A DNA stretch of 64,000 nt from a bacterium. Its GTDB lineage: Bacteria > Bacillota_I > Bacilli_A > RF39 > UBA660. The notes below the pieces were generated by a model. That model worked only from the letters and a program-made list of their open reading frames with translations, was not told the origin of the DNA and ran no database searches. Where the stretch lies: positions 34,353 through 98,352 of the forward strand of contig CAVIUA010000040.1 in assembly GCA_963645945.1 (NCBI GenBank), in the 5' to 3' direction. A program made the position numbers and the translations under genes. Of this stretch, positions 1 to 8,995 are shown in pieces (the stretch's first letter is position 1; the number at the start of each line of letters is the position of its first letter).

Positions 1-321
1 TATTTTCTTATATTAAATAGAAAAAAGATTTATGCAGAGAAAAATAAATATGATAAATTAGTAAATACTAATGATATTTCTAGTGATATAGATAAATACA
101 TGGAAGAAGAACTTACGATAGATGAATTTTATTCCTATCCTTTTCCTAAAAAGATAGCTTTAGTTAGACAACTTTACACTTCTAATATGAAAAAATTAGG
201 GGATAAATTAATGAAAGAAATTGAAAGCAGTTCTTGTACTGACTTGGAAAAGAAAACTATTTCAAAGGAAAAACAAAATAAAAAATTATATATTATTAAA
301 GGAAAATTTGGACAAAAGTAA
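1..321 (+). CDS. Partial CDS (C-terminal fragment) of a hypothetical protein running off the left edge
   Basis: Frame 1 is open from nt 1 through the stop at 319-321. The ORF track starts at the Met at 100, but there is no upstream stop inside the window. A T-rich stretch follows the stop. Confidence 0.4.
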   Translation, partial: YFLILNRKKIYAEKNKYDKLVNTNDISSDIDKYMEEELTIDEFYSYPFPKKIALVRQLYTSNMKKLGDKLMKEIESSSCTDLEKKTISKEKQNKKLYIIKGKFGQK

Positions 322-381
322 TTTTTGTTCTTTTTTTTTCTTTTTTTTTATGTATAATTATATTATAGGAGGAGTGAAAAA

Positions 382-945
382 ATGAAAAAGGGTACAATTA
401 TAGGTTTGGTTGTTTTAGGGGTATTATTAATATTAGTTTTGGTTGTTATAGGAAATTATAATAGTATTGCTACTAGTAGAGAAAATGTTGATACTAAGAG
501 TAGTGATGTAGATGTTTATTTACAAAGAAGAGCTGATTTAATTCCTAATTTAGTAAGTACAGTTAAGGGATATATGCAACATGAAGAACAAGTTATTTCT
601 GATATTACTACAGCAAGAGAAAATTTATTAAGTGCTAGTAGTATGTCTGAAAAAGCAGCAGCAAATGATGAGTTAACTAATGCTATTAATGCTTTAGCAG
701 TGGTAGTTGAAAATTATCCTGATTTAAAAGCAAATACAAATTTTATTAATTTACAAGATGAACTTACAGGAGCTGAAAATAGAATATCAACTGCTAGACG
801 TGATTATAATGATGCTGTTAAGGAATATAATACTTTAATTATTAAATTTCCTAATAGTATTTTAGCTTCTATATTTAAGTTTGAAAAAGCAGAGTACTTT
901 AAAGCTGATGAAGAAAAAACTGAAGTTCCTAATGTAGAGTTCTAA
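382..945 (+). CDS. lemA: LemA family protein
   Basis: N-terminal transmembrane helix followed by a LemA-type core (RADLIPNLV ... ENYPDLKAN ... RRDYN). AGGAGG ribosome-binding site 8 nt upstream. Paralogous to 26844..27389. Confidence 0.8.
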   Translation: MKKGTIIGLVVLGVLLILVLVVIGNYNSIATSRENVDTKSSDVDVYLQRRADLIPNLVSTVKGYMQHEEQVISDITTARENLLSASSMSEKAAANDELTNAINALAVVVENYPDLKANTNFINLQDELTGAENRISTARRDYNDAVKEYNTLIIKFPNSILASIFKFEKAEYFKADEEKTEVPNVEF

Positions 946-946
946 T

Positions 947-1876
947 ATGAAAAAGAAATTATTTTTGGTACTAGTATTAGTACTTTTTCCTTTTAATTGT
1001 TTTGCATTAGTTAGTCCTACAAATGAATTTTATATAAATGATTATGCTAATATTCTTAGTGATGATGTTGAACAATATATTCTTTCTAGATCAGTTGATT
1101 TAAAAAGTAAAACTGATGCTCAGATTGTTGTTGTTACTGTTGAAAATTTAGAAGGAATGAGTTTGGAAGATTATGCTACTAAATTATTTAGGAAATTTGG
1201 AATAGGAGATTCTGAGAAGAATAATGGTTTGCTGTTACTTTTATCTTTAGAAGAACGTCAATTTAGAGTTGAAGTTGGATATGGTTTAGAAGGAGTATTA
1301 ACCGATGGTCTTACAGGAAGATATCAAGATCAATATATTATTCCATATTTAAAAAATAATGACTGGGATACTGGTGTTAAAACTGGATATACAGCATTTT
1401 ACAAAAAACTTTGTGATTATTATGATATAGAAGCATTAGATGATACCATTGTAATAACTGATTTTGATGAATATTTAGAAGATGACGATAGTGATGATAT
1501 TATTGGTTCTTTAATAGCTCTTATTTGGACGTTTTCAGTTATTGGTTTTATGCAAGGTAGATATTCATCGCTTGTTAGTAAGAAAAAGAAAGGTAAATTG
1601 TGTACATTTTATATTGTTGCTTCAATATTATTATTGGTTTTCCTTTTCGCAATGATTTTTTTAGTTTCGTATTTATTTTGGTTACCAATTTTAGTATTTA
1701 AAGAAATCTTTTTTGTTATTGGTATAGCTAGTACTAAGTCTGGTTCTAGTGGAGGACACTCAAATCGTTGGTCATATTCTTCTAACAGTAGCTGGTCATC
1801 ATCGAGTTATTCTTCTGGAGGTTTTTCTGGTGGAGGAGGATCATCTGGTGGAGGCGGAAGCTCAAGAGGATTTTAA
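947..1876 (+). CDS. TPM-domain membrane protein (YgcG-like), the usual LemA partner
   Basis: Begins 2 nt after the lemA stop. Signal/TM segment, a TPM-like core, transmembrane segments and a Gly/Ser-rich low-complexity C-terminal tail (SGGGGSSGGGGSS). LemA+TPM gene pairs are a known conserved arrangement. Confidence 0.6.
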   Translation: MKKKLFLVLVLVLFPFNCFALVSPTNEFYINDYANILSDDVEQYILSRSVDLKSKTDAQIVVVTVENLEGMSLEDYATKLFRKFGIGDSEKNNGLLLLLSLEERQFRVEVGYGLEGVLTDGLTGRYQDQYIIPYLKNNDWDTGVKTGYTAFYKKLCDYYDIEALDDTIVITDFDEYLEDDDSDDIIGSLIALIWTFSVIGFMQGRYSSLVSKKKKGKLCTFYIVASILLLVFLFAMIFLVSYLFWLPILVFKEIFFVIGIASTKSGSSGGHSNRWSYSSNSSWSSSSYSSGGFSGGGGSSGGGGSSRGF

Positions 1877-1891
1877 TTTATGAGTATTATA

Positions 1892-1920
1892 ATGTCTATC
1901 TCATTGATAGACATTTTTTC
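1892..1920 (+). terminator. Rho-independent terminator (ATGTCTATC/GATAGACAT plus T5)
   Basis: Perfect 9-bp inverted repeat followed by TTTTT, directly after the TPM gene. Confidence 0.6.
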
Positions 1921-1924
1921 TTTT

Positions 1925-1950
1925 GTTTTGTATAATTAAATATATAATGG
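1925..1950 (+). promoter_or_regulatory. Candidate extended -10 promoter (TGTATAAT) for the helicase module
   Basis: TGTATAAT lies about 25 nt upstream of the GGAGTGA ribosome-binding site and the ATG at 1962. In DNA this AT-rich, chance TATAAT matches are common. Confidence 0.3.
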
Positions 1951-1961
1951 AGTGATTTATA

Positions 1962-2762
1962 ATGAGTGATGTATTTAGTATTGAAAAAGCTAATATTTAT
2001 GAAGACCAGGATAATTATTATTTCTTTAGGGCTCTTAATCTAAATGACTGTAGAGATGCCGATGATGGTGTTATTACAAATGATTCTGGATTAGTTAATC
2101 GAGTTAGAACTGATAGAGAAAGGTATACTGGTGAGTCTAGATATGCTTTTTCGTCAGCTGTTTCTTTAGAAGAAGTTACAGATCATATTAAAATACATCA
2201 GTCTAAAACAACTAATTGTATTTCTTTAACTAGTAATGCTAATACCGCTATTACATATGGTAGAGGATATTATAGGGATAGATATATACTTGTTAAAGTT
2301 CCTAAAAAAGAACTTGGTAGTAAAGTATTTCAAGCTGGACCTTATATGTTGGATGAGATAAATAAGGCAATTAATGAGGTACTTGAAAGTAAAGATGGAG
2401 CAGAAAGAGAAAAATATGAAAGACTTTTTTCAAGAGTTGATGAATGCAAGACAAGCAATAGTTTGGAGACTTTAAAGCAACTTTTAGTAGATGATAATTT
2501 AGTTTCTTTAGAGAATAGAAAAAGAGAAGAAGACAGCTTTGTTAATGGCTTGGATTTTAATATGACAAAGTCGGTTAATTATAATGCGTTAGATGAAGAA
2601 GCTAATTTAGAAAAGAATAAGACTATTCTTAAACTTGATATTTTAAGTGAACAAATATTGCCTAGAATATCTAATAAACTTTTAATAGCAACGGTAGGTG
2701 GTGCTTTTTCTTCATCTGAATTAATTCATTATGGAGATATTGAACCTAGTGAATTAAGATAA
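1962..2762 (+). CDS. Hypothetical protein (266 aa), first gene of the helicase module
   Basis: Own ribosome-binding site (GGAGTGA). No motif I can assign confidently. Same reading frame as the downstream helicase, separated by TAA plus 15 nt that contain a GGAAG ribosome-binding site. Confidence 0.5.
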   Translation: MSDVFSIEKANIYEDQDNYYFFRALNLNDCRDADDGVITNDSGLVNRVRTDRERYTGESRYAFSSAVSLEEVTDHIKIHQSKTTNCISLTSNANTAITYGRGYYRDRYILVKVPKKELGSKVFQAGPYMLDEINKAINEVLESKDGAEREKYERLFSRVDECKTSNSLETLKQLLVDDNLVSLENRKREEDSFVNGLDFNMTKSVNYNALDEEANLEKNKTILKLDILSEQILPRISNKLLIATVGGAFSSSELIHYGDIEPSELR

Positions 2763-2777
2763 ATACAGAAGGAAGTA

Positions 2778-5700
2778 ATGGATGTTTTGTCTTTACTTCA
2801 ACAAATGCCTAGCAATTTAGAATTTATTGATGAAATTAAAGATAGAGTGCTTAATTGTGTAAGTACAAGAATATTTTCTGGTGAATTTAATTATAGTGAT
2901 TTTGATTTAGTTGATAGAGATTTATCGATTGATAATATGTATGAAGTTTTTGGTAATGGTAGAGTTTCTTATGGCGAGGCTAGAGAATTATATAGAAAAG
3001 CTTATTATTTAGCTAAGTCAAGACTTAGGGCTATTAAAAGTGTTAGTTTATTGAATACTATTTTAGATAATAATCCTAAATATAGTGAAACACTTGAATA
3101 TATTGCTAAAAATGGATATGGTATTGAACCGGAAATTACGACTAGAGTTTCTAAAGACTTGGTTACAGTATCTGAATCGGTTAGTTTGGATATAAGTAGT
3201 AAAGATATTGAATTAGTTAATTATATTAATAGTTTAAGTGAAGGTCAGTTAAATACGGTGTTAAATCATCCGAATGACGCAATTAGAGTATTTGCAGCTA
3301 GACATTTCTTTGATGATTTTTCTAGACATACTGTAAATAGAGAAGAATATATTGCTGATAGTTTGATTGATTTGTTAGATTTAAGTAAGTTTGGTGTTAA
3401 ATTTAATTTAAGCCCTGAACAAAGAGAAGATATTAAGAATAGAATTTTAGAATTTAATTTAGAAGAGTTATATTCATATTGTAGTTCTAATGGTGTTTTG
3501 GAAAAAGATATGGCTAGAATAGTCTTTACTAATTTGATTAAAGGAACAAAAGATTTTAATACAAAGGATACTTTTACTTTAGAAGAATTAGAATGGTTCA
3601 TTGGTTATAATGCAATTAAAGATACTAATATAAAGTTACTTGCTTATCAAAGACCTATAATTAGAAGAATTAAAGAAAAATATGAGGATAAACAATTTAC
3701 GGCTGCTGTTATGCCTACTGGAACTGGTAAAACTTATATTAGTTTAGCTATGATGAATGAGTTCGAAAAAACGGCTAATGGTTTAAGTGAAAATAATCAT
3801 GCTAAAATATTGTATTTAGCTCCTAATGTTGAAATACTTGATCAATTAAAGAGAACTATTAGAAAGGCATATCATCCAGAAGAACATCTTGGTCAAGATA
3901 TTGATACGGTTATAAAGGAGGTTTTTCCTAATTTAGTTTTATCAACATATCAGAATTTAGCTGATAATAGTAGTATTGGTATAGGGCCTGATGGCAAAAA
4001 AGAAATTAGTTTAAAAGAAGATTTTAGAGATCAATTTGACTTTATAGTTTTAGATGAATTACATAGAACTGGAGCTCCTGAATGGTATAGTTCTATTGGT
4101 ATGCTTTTAGATAGTCAGGATGAAAAGACGAAGATTTTAGGTATAAGTGCAACACCTGAAAGAGATGTTGATTTTAAAGATATGACAGATTTCTGGGCTA
4201 GAAGATATGACTATAGTGAAGATGAAATTTTACTAGGTGAACAAATGGCTTATAATATGGATCTTATAAAAGCTATAGATTTAGGATTAGTTAATTAACC
4301 AGTAATTATCAATTGCTTGTATTCATTGATTGCTGATGGTACTATGGATGATTTGGAATTGTCAATTGATGATTTATTGGATGAAAATATAAAAAGCACA
4401 GAAAAAGCTAAATATGAGAAGTTAAGACGAAATGTTGAAAATTCTGATGGTATAGAAAAAATCATTGGAGATAATATAAAAGAAGGAAGTAAATTTATTG
4501 TATTTTTACCTGTTACTAGAAGAGATGATGGTACTTTTACTTTAGATGATGGAGAAGAAATTGAAGGTAGTAAAGCAAGTTAAATAATAAGAGATTATCA
4601 AACTTTATTTATACAGTATTTATATGCCAATAAATATTTTAATGAACATGCTCAGATATATGACATTTATGATAAATTGGCAGCTGGAGAGGCTCTTGGC
4701 AATGAAGAAATATCTTATTTAGAAAGTGAAAAGGATAATTTGTTACTGTTGTCAAAAGTCAGTATTTCATATAAGCCAATGGCTTTAAATACACAAATTG
4801 AAGAAATATCTTCAACAATTATTTCTTCGTTGGGCTGGAATGAGTTAGACAAGAATGAACTTGTGACAAGACTTAATGAAGTTATGGGTGATGAAGTAGA
4901 AAATTATTCAATGCTTGGAGAATATTCTAATGGTAGAAATAAATCAGAGTTATATAGTTTTAGTAATTCAAGAAGTAAGAAAAGAAAATTAATGTTTGTT
5001 ATAAACAAGTTAAATGAAGGTACACATGTTGAAGATGTAGACGGAATTGTCTGGTTAAGAACATTGAACGATAATTCCAGAATTTTGTTTCAACAACAAC
5101 TAGGTAGATGTATAAGGGCTAATTTGCCAGATAGACCGGCAAAGACACCTATAGTATTAGACTTGGTTAATAATACGGTAACAGTTAAGTTAAAAAAAGG
5201 CGAATTACAGGAGTCTAGAGATTTAAGTAACTTAGATAGTTTGATTGATTGGTTAGATGATAATAATAGAATACCAAATATTAATAGTGAAAATATCACT
5301 GAATATGAATATGCTAAATTTATAAAAGTTTTACAAGATAGATATGTTAAATATTTTGATGAAGATGTTTTACAAGAAAACAAGAATACTTTAAATATTC
5401 AGATTATTAAAAGAATTCTTTCTAAAGGTTCTGAAGCTGGTTTATGGGATGTTGAAATATTAGATAAAAATGATAAATATACCGATGATATTAAGAAAAA
5501 CAGTGTTACTGATTATTCATTTATTGGAAGACTCCAAGTAAGTTCTGAAATACATGACTTTTTAGAATTACAAGGAGAAATTAGTTCATATGAGCCAACT
5601 GATCTTGAGACAAAATTTGAAGAGTATTGTCAAATTTTAACTAATTTGAAGGAACAAGGACTAAATCCTAATTTAAGAATAGGAGATAAAGTACTCGTTA

Positions 5701-6077
5701 ATGAAGAAGGAAGCTTGGAAGTTATAAGTGTGCCATCGGTTCGTAAAGAAGGTAAGCCAAATCTTTCTATAATAAATGGTAGAAAAGAGACAGAAATTGA
5801 ATGGAGAGAAAGGAAGAAAAAATATTCATCTAAAGAGGCTATTCCTGTTGGTAACTGGCTATATAAAAATTATTCTGAATTTACTCATTCTATGAGGGAT
5901 AGATTAATAGATCTCGGCTATACTAAAGGTGAAGAGAGCCTAAAAAGAAGAACTGCACATGCTAAAAAGAAGGCTGATTTTGATGATAACAGTACCTTTG
6001 GTAAGGTTGTTACTGAGGTTTCCAAAGGAGCTTTAGATAATAAAGATACTGATGTGAAAGCTGGTGATAAGAAATGA
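2778..6077 (+). pseudogene. Superfamily-2 DExH-type helicase (~1100 aa composite) interrupted by in-frame TAA codons at 4296..4298 and 4581..4583
   Basis: ORFs 2778..4298, 4317..4583 and 4677..6077 are all in frame 0 with no frameshift between them. Helicase motif I (AAVMPTGTGKTY), motif II (FIVLDELHR) and motif III (GISATPE) are in the first segment. A motif IV-like KFIVFLP is in the second. Motif VI (FQQQLGRCIRA) is in the third. Long non-helicase extensions of about 300 aa at each end. Confidence 0.6.
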
Positions 6078-6334
6078 TGGAAAGTTATTATGAGTTAGTT
6101 GATTCTTTTAAAGACTTGGATGTTTATGATAAGAAAGAAGAAATAATTAATGAATTATTAAGCTTATTAAAACTTCTGTCTGTAGTTAATAAAAATTCGG
6201 ATGTTATGAATGAAGTATTACCTGTTATACAGAGTCATGATGATGAAGAGGAATACTTTGATGAGTTATTTACAATAATCATATCTTTGAAGGAAGAATA
6301 TGCTAAGTTAATAGATAGAGATTATTTAGATTAA
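6074..6334 (+). CDS. Small acidic hypothetical protein (86 aa), translationally coupled to the helicase
   Basis: Its ATG overlaps the helicase stop as ATGA. pI is clearly acidic (DDEEEYFDELF). A terminator follows. Confidence 0.5.
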   Translation: MMESYYELVDSFKDLDVYDKKEEIINELLSLLKLLSVVNKNSDVMNEVLPVIQSHDDEEEYFDELFTIIISLKEEYAKLIDRDYLD

Positions 6335-6360
6335 TAGCAAGAAAAACTTGCTATTTTTCT
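6335..6360 (+). terminator. Rho-independent terminator (TAGCAAG/CTTGCTA plus T5)
   Basis: 7-bp stem with a 5-nt loop and a T-run immediately after the stop at 6334. It closes the 1962..6334 operon. Confidence 0.6.
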
Positions 6361-6393
6361 TTATTTGATAAAGTATTTTTGTTATAATATTTT

Positions 6394-8958
6394 TTGGTGA
6401 AGTATATGAAACGCAGTGAAGTAGATAGAGAAAAATTAAGTCCTATGATGCAACAATATATGGAGATAAAGGATAAATACGAAGATAGTATTATCTTTTT
6501 TAGACTTGGAGATTTTTATGAGATGTTTTTTGAAGATGCAATACTTGCTTCACACGTTTTAGAGTTAACTTTAACTGGCAAACAAGCAGGATTAGATGAA
6601 AGAGTTCCAATGTGTGGTGTTCCTCATCATGCTTATGCTTCATATGTAGATGAATTAATAGATAAAGGCTATAAAGTTGCGATATGTGAACAATTAGAGG
6701 ACCCTAAAGAAACTAAAGGAATGGTTAAAAGAGATGTTGTTCAAATAGTTACTAAGGGTACAAGACTTGATTCTAATATAGACGCTAAAAGTAATAATTA
6801 TATTGCTAATATATATGACTTTTCATATTGTTATGGGGTTAGTTATGCAGATGTTTCTACGGGAGAAGTTTATGTTACTTTAATTGATGGAGAAAAATAT
6901 AAAGTAATTAAAGAAGTAGTCAGAAATGGTTTTAGAGAAGTTATCGTTAATGACTTAATAGATAGAGAAATAGTAGAAGAATTACGAACTAATTATGGAA
7001 TACTTGTTAGTATTACTAAAGAAGAATTAGATGATAAAAATTATGAATATATTTATAAAGATTTAGAAGATGTTAGACTTACACAAACTTTAAAACATTT
7101 ACTGTATTACATAGTTGATACTAAAAAGGGGGATTTACATCATTTACAAAAAGCTATTGTAGTTAAATCAAGTGAATATTTAGAATTTGATATTAATACA
7201 AAAAAGAATTTAGAATTAATTGAAACACTTAGAAATAGAGAAAGACAATATAGTTTATTCTGGTTACTTGATAAGAATAAGACTGCTATGGGATCTAGAT
7301 TTTTAAAACATAATATTGAAAATCCTTTAACATCTAAAGAAGAATTAGAAAGACGATATAATTATGTATCTAAATTATCTACAGAATTTATTTTGAGAGA
7401 TGATTTAATAAAAGCTTTAGACGAAGTTTACGATTTAGAAAGAATTGCTGGTAGAGTTACATATGGTAATTTAAATGCTAAAGATTTATTACAATTAAAA
7501 GGATCTTTAGAAGCTCTTCCAAGGATTAAAGAAATATTAACTACTATTGGCTATGACAAAGAAATAGAAATTTTTGATGACTTATATTCATTACTTGATA
7601 GAGCAATATTACCAGATGCACCTTTTACTTTACATGAGGGACATTTAATTAAACCTGGATATAATGAAGAACTTGATGAATTAAAAGATATTAGTGCTGG
7701 TTCTAAAGACTTTATTTTAGAGATAGAGCAACAAGAAAGAGAAAAGACTGGTATTAAAAATTTAAAAGTTGGATTTAATAAAGTATTTGGATATTATATT
7801 GAAGTGCCTAAGGGACAAAAACATTTAATTAAAGATGAATATGGATATGAAAGAAGACAAACTTTAACTAATTGTGAAAGATTTATTACACCAATATTAA
7901 AAGAAAAAGAAAATATTATACTAGGTGCAGAAGATAAGATTATTAATCTTGAATATAAGTTATTTATGGATATTAGAGAAGTAGTTAAAAGATATGTTTT
8001 TAGATTACAAAGACTTTCTAAAATAATTAGTGAAGTTGATATGTTACAAGCATTTTCTATTGTTTCTGATAATTATAAGTTTGTAAGACCAGAAATTGTT
8101 TCGGATAGAACTGTTAAAATGATAGGATGTCGTCATCCAGTGGTTGAACAAGTTATGAAGGATAAGTATGTTCCTAATGATATTATTATGGATAAGACTA
8201 CTGATATTTTATTAATTACTGGTCCTAATATGGCTGGTAAATCTACTTATATGAGACAATGTGCTATTACTGTTATTATGGCTCAGATTGGATGTTTTGT
8301 ACCATGTAAGAGTTGTGCTATGCCTATTTTTGATAAGATATTTACTCGTATTGGTGCTTCGGATGATTTAGTTTCTGGACAGTCTACTTTTATGGTTGAA
8401 ATGAGAGAAGCTAATTATGCAATTAGTGAAGCTACACCTAATAGTTTGATTTTATTTGATGAACTTGGTCGTGGTACGGCTACATATGATGGTATGAGTT
8501 TGGCACAAGCTATACTTGAATATATTCATGATAAGATTAAGGCTAAGACAATGTTTTCGACTCATTATCATGAACTAACTGTTTTAGAAAAAGATCTTAA
8601 ACATTTAAAAAATGTACATGTTTCAGCAGTTGAAGAAGATGGTAAAATTACATTTTTACATAAAGTAAAACCTGGTTCAGTAGATAAGAGTTATGGTATT
8701 CATGTTGCTTCTTTAGCGAAATTACCTGATAGTTTGATAAAAAGAGCTGATGAAATACTTAGTGTATATGAAAAGAAGAATGTTAAAAAAGAAACATTTA
8801 CGCAAACTTCATTATTTGAACTTAGTGAAAGTGAAGTTGAAGTTAAAACTAATCCAATAGAAGAGAAAGTTAGAGAAATTAATCCTTTGGAAATGACACC
8901 AATGGAAGCTTTATCATTTCTTTATGAATTAAAAAAAGAAATTAAAGATAAAAAGTAA
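6394..8958 (+). CDS. mutS: DNA mismatch repair protein MutS
   Basis: 854 aa. N-terminal mismatch-binding region (GDFYEMF) and an ABC-type ATPase with Walker A GPNMAGKSTYMRQ. Confidence 0.95.
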   Translation: MVKYMKRSEVDREKLSPMMQQYMEIKDKYEDSIIFFRLGDFYEMFFEDAILASHVLELTLTGKQAGLDERVPMCGVPHHAYASYVDELIDKGYKVAICEQLEDPKETKGMVKRDVVQIVTKGTRLDSNIDAKSNNYIANIYDFSYCYGVSYADVSTGEVYVTLIDGEKYKVIKEVVRNGFREVIVNDLIDREIVEELRTNYGILVSITKEELDDKNYEYIYKDLEDVRLTQTLKHLLYYIVDTKKGDLHHLQKAIVVKSSEYLEFDINTKKNLELIETLRNRERQYSLFWLLDKNKTAMGSRFLKHNIENPLTSKEELERRYNYVSKLSTEFILRDDLIKALDEVYDLERIAGRVTYGNLNAKDLLQLKGSLEALPRIKEILTTIGYDKEIEIFDDLYSLLDRAILPDAPFTLHEGHLIKPGYNEELDELKDISAGSKDFILEIEQQEREKTGIKNLKVGFNKVFGYYIEVPKGQKHLIKDEYGYERRQTLTNCERFITPILKEKENIILGAEDKIINLEYKLFMDIREVVKRYVFRLQRLSKIISEVDMLQAFSIVSDNYKFVRPEIVSDRTVKMIGCRHPVVEQVMKDKYVPNDIIMDKTTDILLITGPNMAGKSTYMRQCAITVIMAQIGCFVPCKSCAMPIFDKIFTRIGASDDLVSGQSTFMVEMREANYAISEATPNSLILFDELGRGTATYDGMSLAQAILEYIHDKIKAKTMFSTHYHELTVLEKDLKHLKNVHVSAVEEDGKITFLHKVKPGSVDKSYGIHVASLAKLPDSLIKRADEILSVYEKKNVKKETFTQTSLFELSESEVEVKTNPIEEKVREINPLEMTPMEALSFLYELKKEIKDKK

Positions 8959-8995
8959 TTATTATGATATAATCTATTTAAGATGGTGATGTTAA

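Noticed and set aside
1740-1876. Gly/Ser-rich repetitive DNA at the 3' end of the TPM gene as a possible repeat array or CRISPR-like feature
   Set aside because: It is in frame and encodes a low-complexity SGGGGSS tail that is typical of TPM-domain proteins. No spacer and repeat periodicity.
1962-2762. R-S-E ADP-ribosyltransferase-like motif (FFRA ... SLTS) in the 266-aa protein of the helicase module
   Set aside because: Only two short, degenerate matches and no convincing ExE or QxE element. Too weak to call without an HMM search.
3266-3601. Antisense or overlapping short ORFs from the track (for example 3266..3601, 5090..5383, 9276..9464, 13612..13815, 15979..16161, 16897..17139, 25945..26431, 26798..27142, 29263..29457, 38201..38476, 40016..40279, 42608..43473, 45075..45344, 47349..47615, 48971..49465, 51938..52177, 53331..53855, 55124..55351, 56819..57010, 57388..57585, 62860..63111)
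   Set aside because: All lie inside, and antisense to or out of frame with, longer well-supported genes. They lack ribosome-binding sites and have low-complexity Leu/Ile/Phe-rich translations typical of spurious ORFs on the opposite strand of AT-rich coding DNA.
2760-4583. Reassigned or read-through TAA codon (alternative genetic code) as the explanation for the in-frame stops in the helicase
   Set aside because: Many genes in the window (for example mutS, the first lemA, xseB, deoB) end at TAA at the position expected from protein-family length, so TAA is a working stop codon here. Pseudogenisation or strain-specific inactivation is more parsimonious.
1962-6077. Treating 1962..2762 as part of the same interrupted polypeptide as the helicase, giving a ~1370-aa protein
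   Set aside because: It is in the same frame, but the 15-nt gap contains a plausible GGAAG ribosome-binding site 7 nt before the ATG at 2778. Same-frame adjacency has a one-in-three chance. It is kept as a separate gene, with the alternative noted.
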